In this document: in pieces, positions 26,666 to 36,319 of the stretch
How the letters are laid out: each line of letters starts with the position of its first letter
Position numbering within the stretch: position 1 is the stretch's first letter
DNA from: Coprothermobacterota bacterium
GTDB lineage: Bacteria > Coprothermobacterota > HKB111
Direction: 5' to 3'
DNA: 64,000 bases
NCBI GenBank assembly: GCA_037446255.1
Contig: JBBIIY010000005.1
Coordinates: forward strand, 2,859 to 66,858
Position numbers and translations under genes: made by a program
The notes under the pieces: generated by a model
What the model was told of the DNA's origin: nothing
Databases searched by the model: none
The model's input: only the letters and a program-made list of their open reading frames with translations

Positions 26666-27838
26666 ATGAGTAAAAGGGTAATATTGATTATACTTGATGG
26701 TCTCGGTGTGGGAGCAATGGAAGATGCTTACCTTTATGGAGATGAAAATACCAACACCCTTAAAAATGTTCTGAATGAAACCGGTGTAGAAATACCTAAT
26801 CTAATTTCCCTCGGATTACTAAAAACTATAAATAAACTGAATGAACCAGTAAACTCCTCGGCTGCTTATGGAAACATGAAAATTTCATCTCCGGGTAAAG
26901 ATACCACTACCGGTCATTTTGAGTTGATGGGGATTATCAGAGAAAAACCCTCACCTACTTTCCCCGAGGGTTTTCCTGCGGGTTTGATAAAGGAGTTTGA
27001 AAAAAGAATAGGCAGAAAAACGATTGGCAATAAACCTGCCTCCGGTACGAAAATAATAAATGAGTTAGGGAATATACACATGAAGACCGGCTATCCCATT
27101 GTTTATACTTCAGCCGATAGTGTTTTTCAGATTGCAGCTCACCAGGAAATTATTACTTTAAAGGAACTTTACCGTATTTGCGAAATTGCCAGGCAGTTGC
27201 TCCAGGGTGATTGGGAAGTGGAAAGAGTTATTGCCCGACCCTTTATAGGTGAGAGCCCAAATTTTATCCGTACTCCCTTCCGCAAGGACTTTAACCTGCC
27301 AGCACCAGAAAAAACAGCTCTTGACTTCCTATCAGAGCATAATATTCCCGTATGGGTAATCGGTAAAATCGGAGATATATTTTCCATGAAAGGAATAAGC
27401 CGGGAAGTTCGTACCAAAAACAATCAGGATGGGATGAAAAAAATAACCTTAAGCCTGAGTAAATTGGAAAGAGGATTAATTTTTACCAATCTAAACGATT
27501 TTGATACTCTTTTTGGACATAGAAGAAACCCCGGGAAATTTTCCGAATCGCTTAAAGAGTTTGATGATTTTCTTCCCGTTCTTCTTGATAAATTAAAAAA
27601 GGAAGATTTACTCATAATAACTGCTGACCATGGCTGCGACCCCACCTATACCAGACACACCGACCACACCAGAGAGAAAGTTCCCCTGTTGGTTTATTCC
27701 CTAATGATGAAAAAGAAAATGTATCTGGGAGAAAGAGAAAGTCTATCCGATGTAGGACAAACTATACTTGACTATTTCCAAATTTTGGATAATTCAGTTG
27801 CAGGAAAGAGCTTTCTCCCCGAACTCAGTATAGGGTAA
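26666..27838 (+). CDS. deoB: phosphopentomutase
   Basis: 390 aa. ILDGLGVG, KDTTTGHFELMG, FTNLNDFDTLFGHRRN and ITADHGCDPT motifs. Confidence 0.9.
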   Translation: MSKRVILIILDGLGVGAMEDAYLYGDENTNTLKNVLNETGVEIPNLISLGLLKTINKLNEPVNSSAAYGNMKISSPGKDTTTGHFELMGIIREKPSPTFPEGFPAGLIKEFEKRIGRKTIGNKPASGTKIINELGNIHMKTGYPIVYTSADSVFQIAAHQEIITLKELYRICEIARQLLQGDWEVERVIARPFIGESPNFIRTPFRKDFNLPAPEKTALDFLSEHNIPVWVIGKIGDIFSMKGISREVRTKNNQDGMKKITLSLSKLERGLIFTNLNDFDTLFGHRRNPGKFSESLKEFDDFLPVLLDKLKKEDLLIITADHGCDPTYTRHTDHTREKVPLLVYSLMMKKKMYLGERESLSDVGQTILDYFQILDNSVAGKSFLPELSIG

Positions 27839-27850
27839 AGTGAAGATAGT

Positions 27851-28819
27851 ATGAATTACCAACCGCTATACCTGGAAATGATTAAAACCGGAGAAATTGA
27901 TGAAAGAATTAATAAACTTTTTAATATTCTCCAGGATTGTGTTTTATGCCCACGAAAATGCCGCATCAACCGTATTAAAGGCGAAAAAGGTTACTGCCAG
28001 GCTGGTCGCGAACTGGAGGTTTCCAGCTATGGGCCTCACTTTGGTGAAGAAGAACCATTGGTGGGTTCACAGTCCCTGGTAGTTTCCTACCTGGGAAGGG
28101 TTAAACCAGCTGGTGGTTCTGGTACCATTTTTCTAACTCACTGCAGTCTTCGCTGTAACTACTGTCAAAACTATACCATTAGCCACTTGGGTGAAGGCAA
28201 AACCGTCTCTCCAGAAAAATTTGCTCGAATAATGCTTGAATTGCAAAATGCCGGGTGCCGTAATATTAATCTGGTTACTCCGACACATTATACTCCTCAA
28301 CTGGTTAAATCGCTGAAAATAGCCGGGAAAATGGGTCTTCTCCTTCCAATTGTGTACAACTGCGGAGGTTACGAAGAGGTAAACACCATCAAGTTGCTTA
28401 AGGGTTTGATTGATATTTACATGCCTGATATTAAGTATAGTTCACAGGAATCAGCACAAAAATATTCTGATGCCCCTGATTACTTTGAAAGGTGCAAGGA
28501 AGCAGTTAAAGAGATGCACAGACAGGTGGGAGACTTGCAACTTAACGATAAAGGAGTCGCTTTTCAGGGACTTTTAATCAGGCACCTCGTTCTACCAAAT
28601 GACCTGGCAGGTAGTTTTGATATTCTTAAATTCATTGCCAGTGAAATATCTATTAATACATATATAAATATTATGGACCAGTATCGGCCAATGTTTAGAG
28701 CCAGCCAGTACCCGGAAATCAATCGTATACCCAGCAGACAGGAGATAGGTTCAGTTATGGAGATAGCTAAAAATCTGGGATTAACTCGTTTCAGAAGAGA
28801 TTATTTCTCCAATACCTGA
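27851..28819 (+). CDS. radical SAM protein, PflX-like (COG1313)
   Basis: N-terminal CPRKC...C cluster and CSLRCNYCQN radical-SAM motif preceded by GSGTIF. Confidence 0.8.
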   Translation: MNYQPLYLEMIKTGEIDERINKLFNILQDCVLCPRKCRINRIKGEKGYCQAGRELEVSSYGPHFGEEEPLVGSQSLVVSYLGRVKPAGGSGTIFLTHCSLRCNYCQNYTISHLGEGKTVSPEKFARIMLELQNAGCRNINLVTPTHYTPQLVKSLKIAGKMGLLLPIVYNCGGYEEVNTIKLLKGLIDIYMPDIKYSSQESAQKYSDAPDYFERCKEAVKEMHRQVGDLQLNDKGVAFQGLLIRHLVLPNDLAGSFDILKFIASEISINTYINIMDQYRPMFRASQYPEINRIPSRQEIGSVMEIAKNLGLTRFRRDYFSNT

Positions 28820-28900
28820 TTCCCACCTACCTGAAACCAATAAACTATTATTTTAATAACCCGTATCGGGCAAAAAACTGGTATATTTATTGATAACAAT

Positions 28901-29884
28901 ATGATTAATGGTCTGCAAGCAATAAAACTTATCCGCGAGAAAAAGATTAAATTCCCCCTGCTACTGTGGGGACCAGAAGTATATTTAAGAGACCGTATTA
29001 AAAGAGAGCTGATTAACTCTTATTTAGAAAAAAGATTAATTGCTTTTAACTTTCAGGAAGTAAAAAACGGCGACCTCAAAATAAATGAGATAGTCAATGC
29101 CCTGTTGGAACCACCTCTACTTTCCCCGGGGAGGATATTTTTTATACACCTTTCTTCCTACTCAAAAAGCGAATTAACCCAACTGGCTTTCAGTTTAGAA
29201 AAAATAGAGTTGTTTAATACTTATTTTGTAGGTTATTCCCCCGAATCGCTTCCCCAGGAGTTTACCAAGGTTATAAACAGTAAGGGAGGCACAATAATCA
29301 ATCTAATTAAACCTGCAGCTAAAACTGTTCTTGACTTCATCAAGGATCTATTTACCCGTGCCGGAATGAGCGTAGAAGACAGAGTAGTGGAAACACTGGT
29401 AAGTGATAAGAGGGACTTGCAAACCCTCAGAATGGAGGTAGAAAAACTAATTTTATATGCTTCAGATAAAAAAACAGTACTGATGGAAGACTTGTTGCAG
29501 GTTTATTCCTCACCCGAAGGAGATAATATTTTCTCCCTTATTGACGGACTTTTTGAAGGTAAAACAGGTAAAAGCCTGAAAACTTTAACTTATCTTACCA
29601 GCATTGGGGAGTCACCTTCTGCCATCTTATCGGTAATGGCTTCTCAGATAAGAGGAGCTTTCAAAACCCTTTATTTAAATGAAAAAGAAACCGGACTTCA
29701 TCCTTATGTGTATAGAAAACTAAGAACTTATGCCAAAAGAATGCATCCCCGTCACCTGGAACTTGCTCTGTTAATACTGGCTGATACCGACGAAAAAATT
29801 AAAAGTGGCAAGGGTGACAGTAACTTCCTGATAAATCAAGCCGTAATAAAGGTAGGTCAATTATGGAAAACAAGGTTAAATTAA
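28901..29884 (+). CDS. holA: DNA polymerase III delta subunit
   Basis: 327 aa. Length and pattern (LLLWGPEVYL..., central LEVEKLILY, C-terminal helical domain) are typical of HolA. Confidence 0.7.
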   Translation: MINGLQAIKLIREKKIKFPLLLWGPEVYLRDRIKRELINSYLEKRLIAFNFQEVKNGDLKINEIVNALLEPPLLSPGRIFFIHLSSYSKSELTQLAFSLEKIELFNTYFVGYSPESLPQEFTKVINSKGGTIINLIKPAAKTVLDFIKDLFTRAGMSVEDRVVETLVSDKRDLQTLRMEVEKLILYASDKKTVLMEDLLQVYSSPEGDNIFSLIDGLFEGKTGKSLKTLTYLTSIGESPSAILSVMASQIRGAFKTLYLNEKETGLHPYVYRKLRTYAKRMHPRHLELALLILADTDEKIKSGKGDSNFLINQAVIKVGQLWKTRLN

Positions 29885-31098
29885 TAAAGCTGGACAATGG
29901 TTTAACTCTCATCAGCGACCACCGCCCCTGGTACACTTCTGCCAGTGTAGTAGCATATGTGGGAGTGGGAGTAAAGCACGAACATGAAACCAGGGTAGGC
30001 ATTTCTCATCTGCTGGAACATGTAATTTTTAAGGGTACCAAGAATTATCCTACTTTTAAGGATATTACCGGTAAAATTGAGGGGATTGGAGGAAGATTGG
30101 ACGCTTTTACCTCGTATGATTATAGTGCTTATTATGCCAAGGTTCCCCGCAGTCAGGCAGAAGTTGCCTTACATATGATACTTGACCTGGTCTATAACCC
30201 TCTATTACTGTCAGAAGATATAGATAGAGAAAAAGCTGTAATATATAATGAACTAAGACTTCGCTACGATGACCCTGAAGAGTATTCGGATTTAATGTTA
30301 ACTCAGAATTTATGGGTTAAAGGGCCTTTATCTAGAGAAATAGGCGGTACACCGGAAACAGTTGCTTCTATAACTCAGCAGAATATTATTGAACTTCACC
30401 AACATTTTTACCGCAACCCTAATATCACTATTGTAGCTTCAGGTGCCTTTGAAGAGAATAACCTCATAAACATTCTTGATAAAATTCCTACACAGCATTT
30501 TGATTACCCCTCCAAGGATATGGACTCAGCATATCAGGTACCCCAGAGGAAGAGCATAACCCGTGATACTTCAGAATCTTACCTCAGGTTAGGATATCCG
30601 CTTTTTAACCGATTTTCTCCTCTCAAAACCTCGGTAGCGGTTTTTAATGTACTATTAGGGGTAGGCGGCAGTAGCCGTCTTTTTGAAGAGGTAAGAGAAA
30701 AAAGGTCCCTTACTTATGATATCGGGTCTTCACTGCTACTTCTCAAAGAAGCAGGAGAGTTATCTATCGCTTTGAGCACCCATCCTGATAAGATGGATGA
30801 GGCTTTAGGAGTGATTCTTAAGGAAGTTGAAAACCTGAGGGAAGGCAGGGTCATTGAAAAGGAAGTAGCAAGAAGCAAGGCTTATATAAAAGGGAGCTTT
30901 CTTCTGAGTTTGGAAGATTCCCTGAGAAGAGCTTTTTTCTGGGGAGAAGGTTATTTACTTGATGGGGTTATTAAAGATATTGAAAATGAGATCAGAAACT
31001 ATGAATCGGTGGATTTTTACTCGGAAGTAAATCAACTGAAACCTTACTTTGCGCCTGATAGGTGTTGTATCGTTTCTGTTGTCCCCAGAAATAGTTAG
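29863..31098 (+). CDS. M16-family (pitrilysin-like) zinc peptidase
   Basis: Inverted zinc motif HLLEH in GISHLLEHVIFKGT, with the downstream Glu region in ...VIYNELR. Confidence 0.8.
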   Translation: MENKVKLIKLDNGLTLISDHRPWYTSASVVAYVGVGVKHEHETRVGISHLLEHVIFKGTKNYPTFKDITGKIEGIGGRLDAFTSYDYSAYYAKVPRSQAEVALHMILDLVYNPLLLSEDIDREKAVIYNELRLRYDDPEEYSDLMLTQNLWVKGPLSREIGGTPETVASITQQNIIELHQHFYRNPNITIVASGAFEENNLINILDKIPTQHFDYPSKDMDSAYQVPQRKSITRDTSESYLRLGYPLFNRFSPLKTSVAVFNVLLGVGGSSRLFEEVREKRSLTYDIGSSLLLLKEAGELSIALSTHPDKMDEALGVILKEVENLREGRVIEKEVARSKAYIKGSFLLSLEDSLRRAFFWGEGYLLDGVIKDIENEIRNYESVDFYSEVNQLKPYFAPDRCCIVSVVPRNS

Positions 31099-31174
31099 TT
31101 CAATCTCTTTCACTATTGAATAACTAAAATACGATAAAATATTATATTCATAACAAATATATGGGAGAATTAAA

Positions 31175-31312
31175 ATGAAAAAAATAAAAATAATTTTCAA
31201 AAAAGCCCTGAAAGCGTTATCTTCGGAAAGATTTAAAGTATCCTGCCAATCTGCTTGTAAAACCTCCTGCACTATAGCCAACCAGACAAACTTTCTAAAA
31301 CCTGGCAAATAA
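31175..31312 (+). CDS. SCIFF-family RiPP precursor peptide, cysteine-depleted variant (45 aa, 3 Cys; not in the ORF track)
   Basis: Hand translation gives MKKIKIIFKKALKALSSERFKVSCQSACKTSCTIANQTNFLKPGK. RBS GGGAGA sits 6 nt upstream. It contains the family core SCQSACKTSCT(V/I)(A/G)NQ and ends 2 nt before the radical-SAM maturase gene. Confidence 0.75.
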   Translation: MKKIKIIFKKALKALSSERFKVSCQSACKTSCTIANQTNFLKPGK

Positions 31313-31314
31313 GC

Positions 31315-32709
31315 TTGGTGGAAAATTTTACCTTGAAGAAAGGAAGAGGTCAGGTTCACCTCTTCCGCTGTGCCAATGAATTCTTCGCTCTGGATGTTAA
31401 TTCAGACACCCTCATAGAAATTTCAGCTGAAGTTTATGAAATTCTAAAAAAAATAAACCAAACAGGAGAACTTTCTTTCTTTGAAATTCCTCAGGAAAAC
31501 CAGGATGATTTTAATAAAATAATAACTCTTTACCAGGAAGAAGCCCTCTTTTCCTCACCCCTGGAATATTCAGCAGAATATTCTCCTCACCTGCAGGGTA
31601 TGTGCCTTTTTATAGATGGAAGGTGTAACCTTGCCTGCTCTTACTGTTTTGTCAAGAATAAAACTACCACCGAATATCTTTCAGCAATGAATTTTTATAA
31701 AGCCCGTATTGCTATTGATTTTCTTTTCCAGAACTCCCCTTATGAGGAAATGGAAGTAGATTTTTTTGGTGGTGAACCGCTTTTAAATTTCCCTGTATTA
31801 CAGAATACTGTTAACTATGGAAACAAAAGAGCCCTGGAAGAAGGAAGGAAAATCAACTTCACCCTGACCACCAATGCTATTTTGTTGACCCCACTTGTTC
31901 AGGAGTTTCTGATTGATAATCACATTGAAGCTGTGCTGTCTCTTGATGGTTCACAGGATACCAACGACCTATACCGTGTTAACCCTCAGGGTAAGGGTTC
32001 TTATAATACCGTTTCTCATAATATTAAAGAGTACATATCTAAAAACCCTCCACCTTTCTATATCCGTGGAACTTATACCAGTCAGACACTTCATTTTGCT
32101 GACTCAACCCGGTATCTTTTTAACGAAGGTTTTCCGGTAGTTTCTATGGAACCCGTAGTTGGTAAAAAACATAGTTTCACCCTGAAAGAAGATGATTTAC
32201 CTGAAATATTCCAGCAATATGAATTGCTATCTCAATGGTATTTAGAAGAAAAACTTAAAGGTAAGGAAATAACTTTTTTCCACTTCCTTCTGGACCCTTT
32301 AAGGGGACCCGACCTTAAAAGAAGAATCGGGGGTTGCGGTGCTGGTCGGGAGTACATTGCTATTTCCCCCAGAGGAAATATTTATCCCTGCCACCAGTTT
32401 ATTGGCGAAACTAGTTTTATATTAGGGAAGCTGAGTGAAGGCATAAAGAACTTGGATCTAAGGGATAGATTTATATCCCTTGATTTTTCCACTAAGGATA
32501 AATGTTTACAATGTTGGGCAAGATTTTATTGTAGCGGTGGATGCCACGCTAACCATTATTTTGCCAATGGTAGTATCTACCAACCCGATGATTTAGAATG
32601 CGCTCTTCTAAAAAAAAGATTGGAATGGGCCTTATGGATTAAAGCAAAATTGAAACTTCTGAATAAAATAAAGGGAGGTAAAAATGAAAAAAATACTGCA
32701 AAGTTCTAA
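31315..32709 (+). CDS. SCIFF-type radical SAM/SPASM peptide maturase
   Basis: CNLACSYCF radical-SAM motif. C-terminal SPASM cysteines (GGCGAG...YPCHQF, CLQCWARFYCSGGCHANH). Immediately downstream of the SCIFF-like peptide. The start is TTG at 31315 or GTG at 31318. Confidence 0.85.
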   Translation: MVENFTLKKGRGQVHLFRCANEFFALDVNSDTLIEISAEVYEILKKINQTGELSFFEIPQENQDDFNKIITLYQEEALFSSPLEYSAEYSPHLQGMCLFIDGRCNLACSYCFVKNKTTTEYLSAMNFYKARIAIDFLFQNSPYEEMEVDFFGGEPLLNFPVLQNTVNYGNKRALEEGRKINFTLTTNAILLTPLVQEFLIDNHIEAVLSLDGSQDTNDLYRVNPQGKGSYNTVSHNIKEYISKNPPPFYIRGTYTSQTLHFADSTRYLFNEGFPVVSMEPVVGKKHSFTLKEDDLPEIFQQYELLSQWYLEEKLKGKEITFFHFLLDPLRGPDLKRRIGGCGAGREYIAISPRGNIYPCHQFIGETSFILGKLSEGIKNLDLRDRFISLDFSTKDKCLQCWARFYCSGGCHANHYFANGSIYQPDDLECALLKKRLEWALWIKAKLKLLNKIKGGKNEKNTAKF

Positions 32710-33073
32710 AGCTCCAAAGGCTATCGGACCTTATTCACCAGCAATTGAGGTGGAAGGATTCAAGAAAATCATTTTCCTGTCCGGTCAAATACCCCTTGAC
32801 CCTGAAACCGGGGAATTAATTGGCACAAACATTAAAGAACAGGCAAGAAGGGTACTATTAAACATCGTAGCACTTCTTGGCGAAAGTAATTTATCGCTGG
32901 ATAATGTTGTTAAAAACACGGTATTTTTAACGAATCTCCAGGATTTTTCCGATTTCAACGAGGTCTATAAAGATTTTTTTAAGGAAATTTACCCTGCGCG
33001 AACAACCATAGAAGTTAAGGGGCTTCCCCGGGGAGCATTGATAGAAATCGAGTCAATAGCGGTAGAATATTAA
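32684..33073 (+). CDS. ridA: RidA/YjgF-family reactive-intermediate deaminase
   Basis: 129 aa. APKAIGPYSPA, FLSGQIPLDP and YPARTTIEV...LPRGALIEIE motifs. Confidence 0.85.
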   Translation: MKKILQSSKAPKAIGPYSPAIEVEGFKKIIFLSGQIPLDPETGELIGTNIKEQARRVLLNIVALLGESNLSLDNVVKNTVFLTNLQDFSDFNEVYKDFFKEIYPARTTIEVKGLPRGALIEIESIAVEY

Positions 33074-33090
33074 AATATGAGATATCAAGA

Positions 33091-33102
33091 GGGACAGTCC
33101 CC
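33091..33102. repeat. family-2 palindromic motif GGGACAGTCCCC(AATT)
   Basis: Read directly. Confidence 0.55.
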
Positions 33103-33169
33103 AATTCCCTGATAGTTACTGAATCACTGAATCGGGGTTTAGAGTGACGGAAAGCAGTTTGACCTTATT

Positions 33170-34792
33170 CTAAGGTAAGCTCAGTGCTTTCTTTATAGCT
33201 GAAAGAATGACCTCTCTTGGACCACTATCCAAAGAATTATATTTCCTTAAGAAATCCTGTGGTGTCATTCGCAATACCTCACGAGCAACTTCCAGTAATT
33301 TTTCCTGAAAAACCGACATAAAAGAAGAACTTCCTTCATATGAAAGCGCTTTCATTCCACTTATCTTTCCGGAAGTTACTTCTACCTCCATCTCCACTTC
33401 TCCCTGAGGGGAAGAAGCTCTTCCGATATAAGTGCCATCAACTACAATTTTATAAATCAGAATGACCAGATTAACCTCTTTTATCAAAGGGTCGTCTGGT
33501 AAGGTCGCTGTATGAGTATAAAATCCTTCCTTCTCAACAAGAACAGTTTTTACACCATCTTTTATTTTCAGGAAGAACCTTCCTTCCTCATCAGTTAAAG
33601 CCTGGGTGCTCCCTACTGAAACCCGAGCCCTAACTACTGCTTGATTATTTATATCCTTTACCCTACCGGATAGGTTAATATCTATTACAATTTTTTCCAG
33701 GAATATTTCCAGTTGTAAAACTTTTCCAGCTTCAATTTGAATTTCTCGCGATACGGTTTGATAACCCTTCAAACTAATTGACAGGGATAAAGGACCAGGG
33801 ACCAAGTTAGGAAAAACAAATCTCCCACCCAAATCTGTCTGCGCCTTCAGTGTTTTCCCTTCCACAGACACTCCGCTTAAAGGTAAACTGTTGGAACTAT
33901 CCTTGACTATTCCGATTATTCCGCCACGCCCCTGCTGACCTGAAAGCAGTTTTACATTTAACATTGTGTTCTCATTAACTTTTATAGATACCACTTCCCT
34001 ATACATCAGGTAGCCAGAAGCAGTAAATACAATTTCCGAGCTCTGGGCAGGGACTTCAGTTATTAAAAGGTAGCCCTCAATATCGGTAAGTCCTTTCTTT
34101 TCTCCCACCTGAACGGATACCTGGGATATAGCTCTACCTGTTTGGGCATCGGTAACTTTTACTTCCAGGTTACCGTAAGTCCCGGGTAAGGGTTTTTCTT
34201 TATTTAAGGCTACTTCAAGGTTGGTGGTTTTACCAGTAAAAGTTTCTATCCCTGATACTTTATAAGGTTGATAACCCGGATGCAACACTTCCACCGAGTG
34301 AAGCCCGGCTTTTAGAGGAATGGTAGCTAAACCATCTTCATTGGTGTACCAGACTGTTTCCCCTATGTTAATTACCGAGCCTACCAGAAGGGATTTCGTT
34401 TCCTCATCTAACACCTTGATCCGGATAAGGGCTTCTTCTTTCCCTACCTCCACCAGGGTGATAAGTAAATGTATTTTATTTCCGCCTACCCCACTAACTT
34501 CTTCCTCATAAGGATGAAATCCCTCTACCTCTGTCCTTATCTTTACCTTACCTGTTTTAAGGGGTGGAAAGGTGAATTTACCTTTATTATCAGTTAATAC
34601 CTCGGTTTCCTTTTCAGGTAGAATTACCTTTGCTCCAATAACAGGTTCCCCATTACTGTTGATTACCTGCCCGTAAAGATTAAAGGTTTGTGGCCTTCGA
34701 AAAAAACTATAGGCAGTTACCATAAGGATAATAACGAAAACTACCGGTATTATTAATTTTAATATGGTTCCTAAAATTTTCTTTCTTTTCAT
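33170..34792 (-). CDS. membrane-anchored protein with tandem carboxypeptidase-regulatory-like (Ig-like beta-sandwich) repeats and a possible FMN-bind-like C-terminal domain
   Basis: 540 aa. N-terminal TM helix, then 5-6 repeats of about 80 aa of the form G.V.D...G.P..GA.V......TD..G.F....L..G.Y.L.v...GY. The C-terminal GEVEMEVEVTSGKISGMKAL resembles FMN_bind domains (weak). Confidence 0.5.
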   Translation of the reverse strand: MKRKKILGTILKLIIPVVFVIILMVTAYSFFRRPQTFNLYGQVINSNGEPVIGAKVILPEKETEVLTDNKGKFTFPPLKTGKVKIRTEVEGFHPYEEEVSGVGGNKIHLLITLVEVGKEEALIRIKVLDEETKSLLVGSVINIGETVWYTNEDGLATIPLKAGLHSVEVLHPGYQPYKVSGIETFTGKTTNLEVALNKEKPLPGTYGNLEVKVTDAQTGRAISQVSVQVGEKKGLTDIEGYLLITEVPAQSSEIVFTASGYLMYREVVSIKVNENTMLNVKLLSGQQGRGGIIGIVKDSSNSLPLSGVSVEGKTLKAQTDLGGRFVFPNLVPGPLSLSISLKGYQTVSREIQIEAGKVLQLEIFLEKIVIDINLSGRVKDINNQAVVRARVSVGSTQALTDEEGRFFLKIKDGVKTVLVEKEGFYTHTATLPDDPLIKEVNLVILIYKIVVDGTYIGRASSPQGEVEMEVEVTSGKISGMKALSYEGSSSFMSVFQEKLLEVAREVLRMTPQDFLRKYNSLDSGPREVILSAIKKALSLP

Positions 34793-34864
34793 CTCTTTTT
34801 ATAATATACCACAAGATGCCTGCAGTTAAAAATATTAAAACCTATCTTATCAAGATAGCTAAAA

Positions 34865-35593
34865 TTATTTAAGCAGTGTTAATAGCTGATAATAAAGGAA
34901 AATTACCATTTTTTCTATTAACCCCTGCTCTGATAAAAACCGGATATAACCAAATATTATAGACTTTTCCAATTGGAGAGAGAGAAATCCCGGAAACATC
35001 TGATGCAATAAAGTTTCCACGAAGCCCGAAAGAAACGCTATTAACAAACCGTAAAAGAAAAGGTTCAACATCCCTCCCAGAACGAAATTGATAAAACCTA
35101 CAGGTTGAAGGGATTTAAGAAGCTTGGTTACCATGGTAGTGGTGAAATTTAGTAACCAGCGGGATAAAAAGAAAAGCAAGATGAAGGAGATTATTCCCAG
35201 AAGAATAAGACCGAGGAGTTTGCCTAATACGCTCGCCAGTATCAGGGGGTGCAGGTTGGCTGTTATATCAGATACTCCACCAATAATTATTTCCTTAACG
35301 GATTGTGAAAAAGGCATGGTATTAATGAATTCTTTTATGCCTTCTTCAGAAATTTTTATACCGAAAAGATTGGGGTTTTGTCGTAAGAAAAATCTTTCTA
35401 CGGAAACAGTAATTTTGCTAAGAATTGATAATCTGCTTTCTAAAAGCCTTATGAAGGTATCGGTGTGGGCTAAAGCTACATACCAGCTTATAAAAAGAGC
35501 TAAAACTGCACTTAACTGTTTTATTAACCCTCTTTTATAACCCGAATAAAACAGGTAAATAAACCAGGCAGATATAATAAAATCAAACATCAT
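34865..35593 (-). CDS. CvpA-family membrane protein
   Basis: 242 aa. N-terminal FDFIISAWFIYLFYSGYKRGLIKQLSAVLALFISWYVA is typical of colicin-V-production (CvpA) proteins. Confidence 0.6.
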   Translation of the reverse strand: MMFDFIISAWFIYLFYSGYKRGLIKQLSAVLALFISWYVALAHTDTFIRLLESRLSILSKITVSVERFFLRQNPNLFGIKISEEGIKEFINTMPFSQSVKEIIIGGVSDITANLHPLILASVLGKLLGLILLGIISFILLFFLSRWLLNFTTTMVTKLLKSLQPVGFINFVLGGMLNLFFYGLLIAFLSGFVETLLHQMFPGFLSLQLEKSIIFGYIRFLSEQGLIEKMVIFLYYQLLTLLK

Positions 35594-35596
35594 ATC

Positions 35597-36319
35597 TTAA
35601 CGGTGCCTCGCCAGGCTGATTCTTTCACCATCAATAATTTTAACATTTAAAGTTTTTTCTAATTCGGATATTTTTATACTACCTTCCGTGGTGTAAAGGC
35701 TTTTGAAATAAAGCAGGGTGTATTGGTTATTTGTAAGCCAATCAAATTCACTTGAGTCATTACAGATATTTGTTTTGAATCTCGGTAGGAGTATTTTCTC
35801 TAAAAAATTACTTACTACTGCCTTATCAATAATTTCTAAATGTAAAACAAAAGGTCTGATATTAAACAATTTTTCTTTCCTTTTCCGGTTGTCTTCTCGT
35901 AAAACCTGGTAGTAAGATTGACTTAAAAAACTGTTAATAGATAATTCAATTCCATTCCCTTCTACTAAAATTAAATAGTTGATTTCTATGGGGAAGCTTC
36001 CCAGGGAAGGATAACTATCAGGCAAATATTTTACCTCTGAAAGGTTGTAACCGCAAGGAAGAGTGGAATTAACCATAAAAATAATCTCTTCAGGTGTAAG
36101 CTGTTTATCTAACTTAACTTCCAATAATTGAGCCCGGCTGGAAAAACCTACCGGAAGGGGAGGTCCAAAGGACATTATCGGACGGGGTGAAAAACCCTGT
36201 GAGTACACAAGCGGAATATTAGCCCTGCGTAGGGTTCTTTCCAGGGCTCTTACCTCTTCCAGATGAGACAAGAACCTGACTGACCTTTCCCTATTAAATA
36301 TCAGTAAATAACGAGGCAT
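35597..36319 (-). CDS. TIGR03936-type (DUF2344) radical-SAM-associated protein
   Basis: 240 aa. N-terminal RFLSHLEEVRALERTLRRANIPLVYSQGFSPRP is family-typical. Overlaps the upstream TIGR03960-type gene. Confidence 0.7.
   Translation of the reverse strand: MPRYLLIFNRERSVRFLSHLEEVRALERTLRRANIPLVYSQGFSPRPIMSFGPPLPVGFSSRAQLLEVKLDKQLTPEEIIFMVNSTLPCGYNLSEVKYLPDSYPSLGSFPIEINYLILVEGNGIELSINSFLSQSYYQVLREDNRKRKEKLFNIRPFVLHLEIIDKAVVSNFLEKILLPRFKTNICNDSSEFDWLTNNQYTLLYFKSLYTTEGSIKISELEKTLNVKIIDGERISLARHR

Noticed and set aside
30955-31359. A 134-aa minus-strand ORF covering the spacer before the radical SAM gene
   Set aside because: It is antisense to the end of the M16 gene and to the SCIFF precursor. 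The sequence is low-complexity and there is no RBS. The plus-strand 45-aa ORF, with its family motif and RBS, explains the region better.
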